A DNA stretch of 64,000 bases from Pelomyxa schiedti (taxonomy: Eukaryota > Protista > Evosea), in NCBI GenBank assembly GCA_020536535.1, contig JAHLWZ010000489.1, positions 1-64,000 of the forward strand. The letters run 5' to 3'. The position numbers and the translations under genes are program-made. Under the pieces are notes generated by a model that had not been told where the DNA came from, searched no databases, and saw nothing but the letters and a program-made list of their open reading frames with translations. Shown here piece after piece: positions 52,801-64,000 of this stretch (position 1 is the first letter of the stretch; the number at the start of each line of letters is the position of its first letter).

Positions 52801-53145
52801 AGCCGCACGCCCGTTACTTGAACCACCACTTGCAGATGTTGTCGCGTTCGCACCAGTCCCACCACTCGTGGTAGAACCGCTGCCGTTTGATGCCGCGGAA
52901 GCAGTGTCAGTACTAGAAGGCGAAGCGGTAGACAACGATAGAGGGGCCATGACGAGGTGAGCGGGGGGCGGTCGCGACGGCGGGTGCGGGGGCGATGAAG
53001 ATGACGACGACGACGATGTGGTCTTTTTGTGGCTGATTGTGTTGACAGGAGGTAGGTGTGTGTTGTTGTGCGTCGCATTCGTTGTCGTAGTTGTCGAAGA
53101 CACCGGCACCGGGTGCGTGTTGCAAACCGCGACGTGGTGCGACAT
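46857..53145 (-). CDS. Multidomain small-GTPase regulator: REM + CDC25 RasGEF, PH, RhoGAP, Pro/Thr-rich tail; many exons
   Basis: GTPEALVARLT..FMLHYLLTYSAHTTPLRFL; EIARQITIIEQNLFRAIKPWE; NYNGLMSVLSG; PCIPYLGIYLTDLTFI; KPHWFAIVDGILFCY; LVRLFFSEMPEPLLTF..LKQLVDQLPPCN..IIFGPLFLR. Confidence 0.88.
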
Positions 53146-53323
53146 TTTTTTTTCTTTTTTTTTTTTTTTTGAAAGGGCAACAGAGGAACGAACGAAGATC
53201 ACATGAAATTCACCTGAATCTACAGCGGAACAAACCGCAACTCCTTTGGCCATCAAAACCGTCGTTAGTGACACAAGATATACCCGATCTACATGACAGC
53301 TGACAAAACATTTTTAATTTTTT

Positions 53324-53580
53324 TTAATCAAAAGGCACCCAGGCACCTTTCCAAGGGTCGCCCAGCCTCGACTGTATGTCGGCGTGTGTGATCCCGAGGC
53401 GCTCCATTGACACGTTGAGGTGGAGGTGCGACGCAACAACAAAGTCCATCAAGTGGTCGGCGGCAAACGAGGCTGTCATCTCGGGGAACACTCGAAGCAA
53501 CATCTTCCACACTCCAACATTTGGCCTGTGTGCGGCACTCTTTTTCCAGAGTGCTGTGTGGTTGTCCCCCATTGTGCCAA

Positions 53581-53615
<35 letters not shown>

Positions 53616-55604
53616 GAGGTTATGAAATTTCAGTGTTACGTCGATTTAAAGAAGCGAGGGTGGAATTTACCTCGTCCAGGGTTACATTGAACGTGTGGAT
53701 CAACCATTCTGCACAACCTTCTTTGTTGGAGGTAATCAACAGAAACAGAAGTTTGTTGTGGCTCCTCTTGACTTGATTCTCATTCAAGTGGAAATATTCA
53801 ATGAACCACCTCACAACTTTCCCTGACTTGACGTATGGCTGTGACAAGCCCTGTGCTACAGTATCTGGAGAGAAGCCAACAATTGATGCAAGCTCCTTGG
53901 CTTGTGATATATCGCCAAAAGCAGTAACGGCAACAACAGCCTTGATCTGAAGAATTTGATCAAATGAAACTTGATCAAGTTTCTTCAACAGCAATGACGC
54001 AAGTGAAAGTTGCCCACCTTCAAGGTTATCTTCAACAGCTTTACTTGCTGCTATTGAGGTGATGTTGCTGATCGCACACTTTGAGAGGAACCATTGCAAC
54101 CCAGAGGTTCCACAACTCAGATTGCCCGCACATATCTGCTTGAGAATTCTTTCTGTCACACAAGGAACTGAATTCACATCATCCATCACATGGAAGTTCT
54201 GTTCAAACCAGTCTGCCACTGCTATGTTGCTTCTGGAGAGGGAGTTGACAAGGCACTGCCGAAGAGTATTGGTGTCCAGTCTGATGTTTGGCAGCAGGAC
54301 CTGAATTAGTGACACGCTATCGTGTTTATTTCTGCACACTGCAGCAAGTGCCTGGGTTTTAACTCTACTGAAAATGTTAGGGAAGGTTGAAGCCAACCAT
54401 TGAACGTATTCCCCATCTGCAATATACTCGCATGTGTAACAAAAGTCTAATGGATGGGTACAAGGCAGAAGCGGTTGATGGCCCACTTGAAAACCTTTGG
54501 GTTTTTGATGCCAGAAAGAATGGGGTGCTCCTCAGGTGAAAATCTTTCATTAATCCATTGGTAGCCTTCCTCCATGTCACTTTCATCTTTCTCTTCAGAG
54601 AGAGACATAAACCAGTTCAGTATTTGGTACCCTGGGGTTTCAGTGCTTAGATATCCCAAAAACAACTCCGTGCAGAACTTCATAACATCCAAACTTGGAC
54701 TAAGAATGAACTGAACGGGACCGCACCTGTGGTGAGATAGTAGTTCCCTGCAAGCCTCAACGACAGGGGTGCTAGAAACCAACCACTTGACAACATCAAT
54801 GTGTCCCCACCTCACAGCAGCATGAAACGGCATCGGGAGCTCCCACAGCTCAGTCCCGACACCGCAGAACGTCGACATCACCCACTTGACAACCTCAAGG
54901 CTCCCACCCTTGCACGCATCATACAACAGGCTGTGCCCAATCGACTCACTGAACTTCACCTCCCTGATTTCATCCAACAGGTCACAGTCGCCAGCCGGCC
55001 ACCTCAGGGCACCACGACGGCCACCCTCAACAAGCTCCCGTGCCATCGAAATGTGCCCCCCTGTTTTAAAAAGTGAAATGCCGGATCCAAATAAACACCA
55101 AACATAACACACAACACACAACGCGCAACGCGCAACGCGCAACGAACAACGAACAACGGACAACGGACAACGGACAACGAACAACGAACAACGCACACCT
55201 TGGCACAGACCCCTGAGCACAGCGAGGCACTCCTTCGTGTTGTTCCTCGTCGCCTTTCTCTTGAGCACCCAGTCCACGCACCTCGTGGCCCCAGCCATGC
55301 CGCCACACTTGAGCACAAAGTACCGCGACCCCGCCGGCGGCGCGGCGGCGGAGGCGGCGGTCACCCTGGCGGCCGCGGCCACCGCGCGGCAGACGCGGGG
55401 CACGAGGGGGAACAGCGCCTCCGCCACGCCCACCAGCCAGACGCACTGCGCCTGGGTGAGTGCCACGCCGCGGTTATGGGACGCAGACACCATCGGGTCC
55501 ACCACGTGCTCCCACACCACTCGCGACACAGTCATCAAGTTGGCGATTGTGTCCCCGCGGGAGCCTCCAGGTCGTTGTCGTGGAACGGCGTCGTTGCAAG
55601 ACAT
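53324..55604 (-). CDS. Ankyrin-like repeat protein (paralogue of 29293-31491)
   Basis: VSRVVWEHVVDP..AEALFPLVPRVC; ACKGGSLEVVKWV and AVRWGHIDVVKWL; last intron 53582-53670 at the same position as in the paralogue; VWKMLLRVFPEM. Confidence 0.8.
55119..55195. repeat. Intronic 7-bp minisatellite (CAACGNN)11
   Basis: CAACGCG x3, CAACGAA x2, CAACGGA x3, CAACGAA x2, CAACGCA x1. Confidence 0.95.
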
Positions 55605-55717
55605 CGACGCGAGCTTGCTTTTTGTTTTGTTATGTGAATGAGAGGAAACGAAAGTTGCTGAACATACCTAGCTGTTGCTTTTTTTTATGGTTTTTTTTTA
55701 CCCCCGTGTTGGTGTGG

Positions 55718-56941
55718 TTACATGCATGAAGCTATTGGTAGTTGTTGTTCAGCAGCTATTTTCCGGCGCTTGGCTTTGGCTTCCGCGTAGCTCTTGATGA
55801 CCTTATCACGCAGGGACTCAAAGTAGCGTTGCTGTAGTGCTGCTTGTGAATTTGTTTTGGTGATGGGGCTTTTCTTGGAAGATTTTGGGAGTAGTGGTGG
55901 GGGAGCTCCTTCAAGTAGCCTTACGGCCGGTGGCATGAATGCCGGAAGTAATTCCTGAGATAGGTGTTTGGTTCTACTTTTGAACAACTCTCTCAAACCT
56001 TTTTCTTTGTGACCGGTGGAAGCTTTGGTGGACAATCGGCTACTTCACCAAATTTAATAACTTCCTGTATTGTAGAGTGTCAGTTCACAATATATAAAAT
56101 ACATAAAAAGGAATTTGGTACGTGTCTGTGCAGCCTATCTAAGGGGTCATTGCTGGGAGTTTCATCACTACTGCTATCATCGCCACCATCAGAATCACTC
56201 TCACTGTCGCGGTCACTAGCTTGTTGCTGCTTCAATCCCTTACTGGGCTTCTGAAGTGGAGCAACTTGTTCTTGCCGGGGTCTTTTCTGAGCCTGCTGAG
56301 GTGGCTGTTCCGAATGCTTCCGGCCCGGCGTTGGAGTATTGTGGGAGGGTTTTGGTTTTGGGGGTGGTTGATCACGACGTCGAACTGCCACAGAGGACGC
56401 CTTCGAAGGTGCAGTTGTGGTGCCGAGTTTGGGTATTTCATTTGGTGTCTCGCCAGACTTTTTCGGCTTTCTTCTTTTGTTGCTCCTCTTTGGGAGGCCA
56501 GTTATGGGATCAATCTTTACAGGCGTTTCCGGTGTGGTTTCATCGGCAGTAGTTCCCCGGCTGCTCCACAGTGGTCTAAAGGAAATTTAGAATTAATTAC
56601 AATTTGGAACCCAACGCTGACCGGGGAGTGGTGTCAACGGCCACAACCGCGTCCGGGTCGTTTTTCTTCTGCCAGGTCACGATGTCCTTTAGCCTCCGAG
56701 ACAGTCGGTCGCCGCCCTCGGCGGGGTCCGCGCCCCCTCCCACAATTGCGCCGCCGGCGTCCTCGACCCCCTGCGCGCCCCTGCGGGGCTTCTTGGGCTT
56801 CTTTGGTACGTTGCCCTTGCCGCCGCCGACCTTCTTGTGTGCCTGCGCGTACGCCTGTGACGACGCGCGTCTGCTTGCCGGCGCGAATGGGTCGTACGCG
56901 CAGATCTTGTTGTGCTTCCGCGGCCGCACCTTGCGCGTCAT
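55718..56941 (-). CDS. CCDC137-like basic (probably nucleolar) protein
   Basis: Lys/Arg-rich N-terminus, acidic patch, VIKFGEVADCPPKL motif and C-terminal ESLRDKVIKSYAEAKAKRR, recalling CCDC137. Confidence 0.6.
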
Positions 56942-57090
56942 CCTGCCCCCCACCAATAGATACCAGATAGATCGCCAGCAATTCCCTGAACCGCGGTCCC
57001 AGCTTCCAGCGCCACGAAAAACCCAAAAAGATTTTTCTTTTCACAAACTTCCACCACACAGCGAGCTTGTTTGTTTAGACTACTAAACCA

Positions 57091-58923
57091 ATGAGGACAA
57101 CGGTAGCGGGGGTGTTAATACTTGCGGTTGGGGTTTCCATCGTCGTCGTGGCGCTGGGGATGGGAGCGGGGGCGGTTTCGCCGATTCCACGTGACCACCG
57201 GTTCCCGCAGCGCGTGGCCGAGTCCGCGCGAGGCAGGCGAATAACGTCACGCTTTGTCAGGAACAAAGGAGCACCACAGGAGCTCATTCGATTGTCAAAT
57301 AGGGTTTGTTTTTTGTTTTCTTTCTTTTTTTTTTTTTTTTGGTTTCCCCCCTTTTCTCATTTTTAGTAGAACAACAACACCAAGAGGGTTGCACTTGTGA
57401 GTGGGACAATGGAGTTGCCGGTTGTCACGATGGAGTTCCCTGATCAGGCACACACTTACACAAACGATGACTTTGAGTCGCTTCTGTTTGAGCATTCCCG
57501 GACACCCACTCCCAGCATGTGGGACTATTACCAGGAGGTGTCATACAACGTATTCGGAGTGTCTGGCAGTGCTTATGGGTGGTATATGACTCCGCAGACC
57601 AAGTCGTATTACTATGACGGCACGAATTTGGCCCAACTGGCTGCCGAAAATCTTTGTGCTGCTGTTGGGAGTGGTCTGTCAATTTATGACAATGATGACG
57701 ACGGGTATGTGGACTCTCTGGTAGTTGTGCACAGTGGCCAGGGTCAGGAAGTTACGGGAGACCCTGATGATATCTGGTCACACTCTTATCAGCTTGAGAA
57801 TCCGTATTTATGTTCCGCTGCTGGGTAATTCGCTCCCAAAACCTCCAAGTTTTATTTACGTAACCCATAGAACGTATATCTGGAACTACCTCATACAACC
57901 AGAGTTGGGTGCCTACGGGGACATGACCGGCATTGGTGTGTTCTGTCATGAGTTAGGTCACGCTCTCGGTCTTCCCGACCTTTATGACACTGGAGATAGC
58001 GCCAATAACGGCCTTGGTCTGTATAGATGGAGTTTGATGGCTTCTGGTAGTTGGGGTGGTATAGGAACTGACGAAAGGTGTGTGCTAAAAATTCTTTTTA
58101 CTCTTGTGTTCCTCAATTTTCGTACAGTTACCCGGTGCATCTTGACTGTTGGTGCAAGGCATCACTGGGATGGCTCACACCCACTGGCGTACTCACAACA
58201 GGACAGTACACCCTGCACCAAGTGGAAGACAACGCTGAGTGCGTTCTCTTGCAGCCGCTTTCCAACCCAACCCCATGTACCAATATTATATTCATATTGT
58301 TCCATAAGTTACATACACACAGCACAATACTGGCTGATTGAAAACCGGCAACGTGTTTCATTTGATTACAATCTTCAAGGAACTGGCATTGTAATTTATC
58401 ACATTGACGACACTATTATCGGCGCCAACTATTACGAAAATACTATCAACACCAATGACCACCCTTATGGAGTTGCCTTTGAGCAAGCCAGGTACTCTCT
58501 TGGTCTTCACTTTCTTTCTTTCTCACACTAAAATCCAGTGCCGCCTGTGATTCGTACTCGTGCCAGAGTTATTGGATCACGAACGCAACAGCATACCCAG
58601 CAACCGACGTGTGGAATTCCAACACCAAAATCGCGTTTGGGTCAAACACAGTTCCGTCCACAAAGGTGAATTCTGGGGACAGCTACCTCAGCTGCTCAAT
58701 CAGGGACATTCCCGCATCATCCTCCGCAATGACAGTGACACTCTCCCCCGAGGACGGAGTCATCAGCAGCTCCAGTAACAGTATCAGCATCAGCAGCAGC
58801 AGCAGTCACCACACAAAATCATCACCCAGCAGTCACGGCGATCCAGACGCAGCACCCAGTCTTGTTATTCCCCTCGTTCTGGTGTCTCTCTGTTTCTTGT
58901 TTTCTTCCCTCCTCCCTTTCTGA
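57091..58923 (+). CDS. M6-family (immune inhibitor A-like) zinc metalloprotease, copy 1, multi-exon
   Basis: Signal-like leader; DNDDDGYVDSLVVVHSG, DDIWSH, GIGVFCHELGHALGLPDLYD, WSLMASGSWGG, QYWLIENRQ; hydrophobic C-terminus. Confidence 0.93.
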
Positions 58924-59123
58924 ATGTGATCCTACCCAACACCAGTCAATTTTTTTCACACGATTTGATTGTTTTGATAGGTTGATTCCCATCAGATTCC
59001 TGCCCTTCGTTATCATGAAAAGGAAAAGGTATCGAAGTTTCCAAACCAACGGGTGGAAAAAAAAGAAGATAAGAAGGGTGTTTATTTTCGCAACCCACAA
59101 CACGTTTTCTAAGAAATCCACCA

Positions 59124-60957
59124 ATGAGGTCAAAGGTGCCAGGGGTGTTAATACTTACAGTTGGCGCTATTATTGCCGTTGTCACTCATGGGAGGGGAGC
59201 GGGCGCTATGCCACCTGTTCCGCGAGACCCGTCGGTGGCAGCCCAGCACGGCGGAGCTCTGCGATTCCCTGAGCGCGCTCCCGAGTCTGTGAGGGGTATG
59301 CGAATAACGTCACACTTTGTGAGGGACAAAGGAGCCCCGCAGGAGCTCATTCGCTTGTCAAATAGGGTTTGTCTGTTTTCCACTCGGCGTTGTGTGTTTT
59401 GTTTTTTTCCTTGGAATATGTCTGTGGATTGTAAGTCTTTGCAGAACAACACCAAGAGGGTTGCACTTGTGAGTGGGACAATGGAGTTGCCGGTTGTCAC
59501 GATGGAGTTCCCTGATCAGGCACACACTTACACAAACGATGACTTTGAGTCGCTTCTGTTTGAGCATTCCCGGACACCCACTCCCAGCATGTGGGACTAT
59601 TACCAGGAGGTGTCATACAACGTATTCGGAGTGTCTGGCAGTGCTTATGGGTGGTATATGACTCCGCAAAACAAGTCGTATTACTCCACAGGCCCGACAT
59701 TGGCCCAACTGGCTGCCGAAAATCTTTGTGCTGCTGTTGGGAGTGGTCTGTCAATTTATGACAATGATGACGACGGGTATGTGGACTCTCTGGTAGTTGT
59801 GCACAGTGGCCAGAGTCAGGAAGTTACGGGAGACCCTGATGATATCTGGTCGAGCGCCTATCATCTTGTGAGTCCGTATTTATGTTCCGCTGCTGGGTAC
59901 TTCCCTCTAGCATCAAAACCTCCAAATTTTTACTTACAGAAACTATAGAAAGTATATCTGGAACTACGACGTTCAACCAGAGCTGGGTGCCTACAAAAAC
60001 ATGACCGGCATTGGTGTGTTCTGTCACGAATTTGGCCACCTTCTCGGTCTTCCAGATCTTTATGACACTGGAAAAACTCATCCCGGCCTTGGTCTGTATA
60101 GATGGAGTTTGATGGCTGATGGTGCTTGGGGTGGGACCGGCATGGCTCAAACGTTCGCGGAAAATTCTTTTTACTCTTGTGTTCCTCAATTTTGGTACAG
60201 TTACCCGGTGCATCTTGACTGTTGGGGCAAGGCATCACTGGGATGGCTCACACCCACTTCCGTACTCACAACAGGACAGTACACCCTGCACCAAGTGGAA
60301 GACAACGCCGAGTGCGTTCTCTTGGAGCCGCTTTCCAACCCAACCCCATGTACCAACACACATTGTATTCTTGCTCCTTACATCTAAATGCAGCTCAATA
60401 CTGGCTGATTGAAAACCGACAACGTGTTTCATTTGATTACCAACTCCAAGGAACTGGCATCGTAATTTATCACATTGACGAAACTATTATCGATGCCAAC
60501 TTTGAGACAAATACTGTCAACGTCAATGACGGCCCTTATGGAGTTGCCTTTGAGCAAGCCAGGTACTCTCTTGTGTTTTCTTTCTCACACTCATCCAACG
60601 CACACCAGTGCCACCTGTGATTCGTACTCGTGCCAGAGTTATTGGATGCCGGACACACAACCATTCCCAGCAACCGACGCGTGGAATCCCAACACCAAAA
60701 TCGCGTTTGGGTCAAACACATTTCCATCAACCAAGGTGAATTCTGAGGACAGCTACCTCAGCTGCTCAATCAGGGACATTCCCGCATCATCCTCCGCAAT
60801 GACAGTGACACTCTCCCCCGAGGACGGAGTCATCAGCACCTCCAGTCACAGTATCAGCAGCAGCAGTAGTCACCACACAGACGCAGCACCCAGTCTTGTT
60901 ATTCCCCTCGTTCTGGTGTCTCTCTGTTTCTTGTTTTCTTCCCTCCTCCCTTTCTGA
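59124..60957 (+). CDS. M6-family zinc metalloprotease, copy 2 (tandem duplicate)
   Basis: Same exon structure; GIGVFCHEFGHLLGLPDLYD, WSLMADGAWGG. Confidence 0.93.
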
Positions 60958-61042
60958 ATGTGATCCTACCAAATAACCTAGCTCTTGTTCTGAGACCACT
61001 CTTTAAAATGGTCATGTTTCTTTCTATTTGGAATAAGCAGGT

Positions 61043-64000
61043 TCATATGCAGTCCGCAAAGTGTGAATCAAGGAGGAGCTTGGAAGAGGGTCTGTCACTT
61101 GGAGTGAACCGCCAGCATGATGTAATCATCTGTATCGCCCAGTCCCATGATTCGCCGTTGTTGTTGCTACTTGACGACGCGGACCTTCTTATATTGGTAG
61201 CATCTAGTGTGGGAATTTGGTTAGTTGGAGTGCCAATGAATCGAACTGGGGTACCAGGAGGTGATAGGATTTGCGGCGTTGCCGGCATTGGTGATACAGT
61301 TCCTTCTATGAGGGCTACGCGTACCTTGATTTGGTTCAGTACAAAGCCGCCTTTAACCAGCTTGGTGTAATTTGGGTCAGAGAGGAGGTGATCGAATGGG
61401 GATGAAAACAAATCAAGGAACATGTTGGCAATCATTCCTGTTTACGAAATGATAAGAGGAACGATAGTCATGTGTCTGTGGGCACACCAAAGCTCCAAAT
61501 ATCAGCTTTACTGTCACTTCGGACTCCTTTAAGAACTTCCGGGGGAAATACGTGTATCTCATTTCGTGCACCTTCAGTCTCTCCAGAAAAGAGGCATTCT
61601 GCAAGTCCGAAGTCCGCAATCTGGGGGAGTGTTTTAATGACAAACGGAGGTGGTGTAGTGTACTTTGGCCCATGGACCGGCCCCGTCAGCATCCAAGCTG
61701 CAAATAAAGATATTTCCTGGATGAAATTGATTATTTGAGTACAGGAAAGAGAAAAGACCTGCGTGAAGGTCCCGGTGTACTAAGGGAGGATTTTGACTGT
61801 GAAGGTGGTTTAACCCCTTTAAAATGTCGGCAAATATCCTCTTCTGCAGCTTCATGGGTAGGACTTGCGCCACGAATTCACGCTTTTCCCACATTTCAAG
61901 CTGAGAGAGCTCGAACTTTCCAAGTTGCATGGCGTCTCCAGACCGTTTTGTAATCCTAGATTCCGCTGCCTGTTCAACCAAGGCCAGTAGGCAAGTCACG
62001 TCAGGCTTTCTGGGACCTCCAAACTCTGTGAGGAAATTAACCCAGGTATAGTTGGATCCCGCTGGAGATGACGAAATGGGAGACACCGGAAGACAAAGTT
62101 CCATAACCAACCTCAATTTTGGTTTTGGGCAGACACCAAAGAATCGCACCAAGTTTACGTGAGGCGGAAGTGATTGCATAACACTGGCTTCGTACATGAA
62201 CTCAGATAAGTCCGATTGCTTGCTGTCATTGAGCTGCTTTATTGCAACCAGAACACCGCCACTAACCAATTCCCCTCTCAACACGGTTCCAAAGCCGCCC
62301 TTTCCAATGATATCTCCAATCTTCAAATCATCTTGCTTGATTATTGGGAAATGGTCAAGTGCAAGGTCAGGGGCAACCAACGTCACAGATATTTCCCCGT
62401 GATCACCTCCGCATCCGCTAATACCGTTGAAGCACCTCAGAATTCCAGTAGTAGATTCGATGGCGGATACACACTGGCACATTGTGAACACACCCTTGTG
62501 TTCTGGAACTGAAGTTGATCCCCTGTTGGCACAGTTGCATAATGAAGAATGCAGGTCTCCTAATAGCTGCGGACATGCAAAGTACTGAGTAAGGCTATCA
62601 TGCAAAGATGGATAGTGCAATCTGGTAAGAGTCGTCATACAGTCCAGCAACTTTGCATAAAACTTACCCCCATATTTCGCAAAGAGTTGGGTGATCCTAG
62701 TGGAGGCTTCCACTGGGGCACCTTGTGTGTTTCGATAGTTTCCTATGCGCAAGGGTGCCTGGTGACACTGGTGTAAGCAGAGTTGGACGGAAATGTAGTC
62801 CAGTGTCTCTTCAGAGCAAGTTACCAGAGCAACAACAACAACAGATGTAGGTTGCATCTTCTGCCGGTATGATAAAACGATCCCTGACCGCCATGCGTGC
62901 AGTATATTGACACCATTTATTCCAAGGAGTCTTGTAATGAGACGAGAGAAGAACCCAATTGGTATGAAGTCCAACTGAAAGATGCGCCCAGTGAGAGCAA
63001 AGAGGGGAGGGGGATTTGGTCTATACGCACAGCCGCAAGAAGATGCGCGCAAAGGGCACCATGCCGGAAGCATATTGACCCATTCAAGGTAAGTGGTAGT
63101 GCCTGTTATGTCCGAAATCAAGAGTATACCATTTGGTGGCTCTGCAGGAAGGAGGCAAGGTACTAGAAAGGAGCCATCAAATCTTTTATGAGCAATCTCA
63201 AAGCTCTGAAATAATTCCAATAGCGTGCTACGAATTGAAGATGGAAATTCTTTGAAGATTTTCGGTATACTAGCAGCTGGCAAACAACCTCCTCTTACCC
63301 ATCTCTCATTTCCAGAGATGGAAATCACAGATTTCATGACTGTTGACAACCACTCGGGTTTGAGAATAACCAGTTCTTCCAGCTTGCTTGCAGTGGAAAC
63401 TGCTTTTCCAGAGACCATCTCCTGCACGGCTTCTGACACCATACCCTCAGTCGCCGATGCACACGACATCAATTCCGTGAAGAGCTCTCCAGTTGATTTC
63501 AGTGCTTTTCTGGGTGATTCCTTTCCACTTGAAATGTCGGCTTCAGGTGAACCTTTTGTGTCTCGAGAATGAAAGTGGATAATCGCCCCCGCGTCAGCAA
63601 GGAAGTCAGCACACATCTGAACTTCCAGTATATCCACCTGTATTTTCGGTGGCGGTTTCACAGGGCGAGGCAGTATCGGTTGGTGGGTAATAGGATCGAC
63701 CTGCAGTTCCTCTTCTTCTCCTGATCGAGCGTGTAACCCAATTTTCAGCCAGGTTCCTGCGGCAACAAAATCACTCCACGAGGTAAAACTGTTGCCAATC
63801 AACCGAGCAGGGATAGAACTATGTTCTTTGTTTGTGAGTTCTTTGTGAAATGCTACCCATTTAACAGCGACAATTAGACTAGTACTCATACATGTATCAT
63901 CAAGTTCGTTAATAAGTGCTTTCAATGCAGACCCGGAGCCATATTCTGTAATAGTAGGAGGAGTTCCAGATGGCCCACTTTTCCACTGAAGACCTGCAGC
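61043..64000 (-). CDS. ROCO-like protein: COR domain + TKL-group protein kinase; N-terminus outside the window
   Basis: COR-like LVILKPEWLSTVMKSVI, FLVPCLLP, FIPIGFFSRLITRL; kinase IGKGGFGTV, VAIK, HRDLHAGN, IADFGL, ADIWSFG, CWRFTPSDRPS. Confidence 0.9.

Noticed and set aside
55200-55641. Plus-strand ORFs over GC-rich first exons (also 14117-14857, 2863-3379, 56604-57086)
   Set aside because: Antisense shadows caused by stop-poor GC-rich sequence opposite well-supported minus-strand genes.

Overview
Gene-dense eukaryotic genomic DNA with about 25 protein-coding loci, many short (mostly 30-120 nt) spliceosomal introns, 85-300 bp intergenic gaps and one 100-N assembly gap. The gene set (Roc-COR-type kinase, RasGEF-RhoGAP, IPT/TIG and LNR proteins) looks amoebozoan; an archamoeba such as Pelomyxa is my guess, not something the sequence proves. 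Most ORF-track entries are exon fragments or antisense shadows, so I assembled gene models by hand. Conserved genes: EMC3, CSN5/COPS5, RBX1, an ArfGAP, Ataxin-2, adenosine kinase and a CCDC137-like gene. Bacterial-type genes carrying introns: an L-arabinose-isomerase-family enzyme, two M6 metalloproteases and a TrkA-C/SLC13 anion transporter. Expanding or decaying families: a duplicated F-box/TRIM pair, three LNR loci (one intact, two pseudogenes) and two ankyrin-like paralogues. Best candidate for a new system: adenosine kinase runs, with no in-frame stop, into a complete MESH1/HDDC3-type (p)ppGpp hydrolase domain (43808-46207). Other notable items: an F-box + CHORD-like zinc module + tail-anchor protein hidden from the ORF track, introns ending in poly-A tracts, and two structured intergenic elements (9656-9773 and 12356-12456). 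I saw no rRNA, tRNA, CRISPR array or autonomous transposon.
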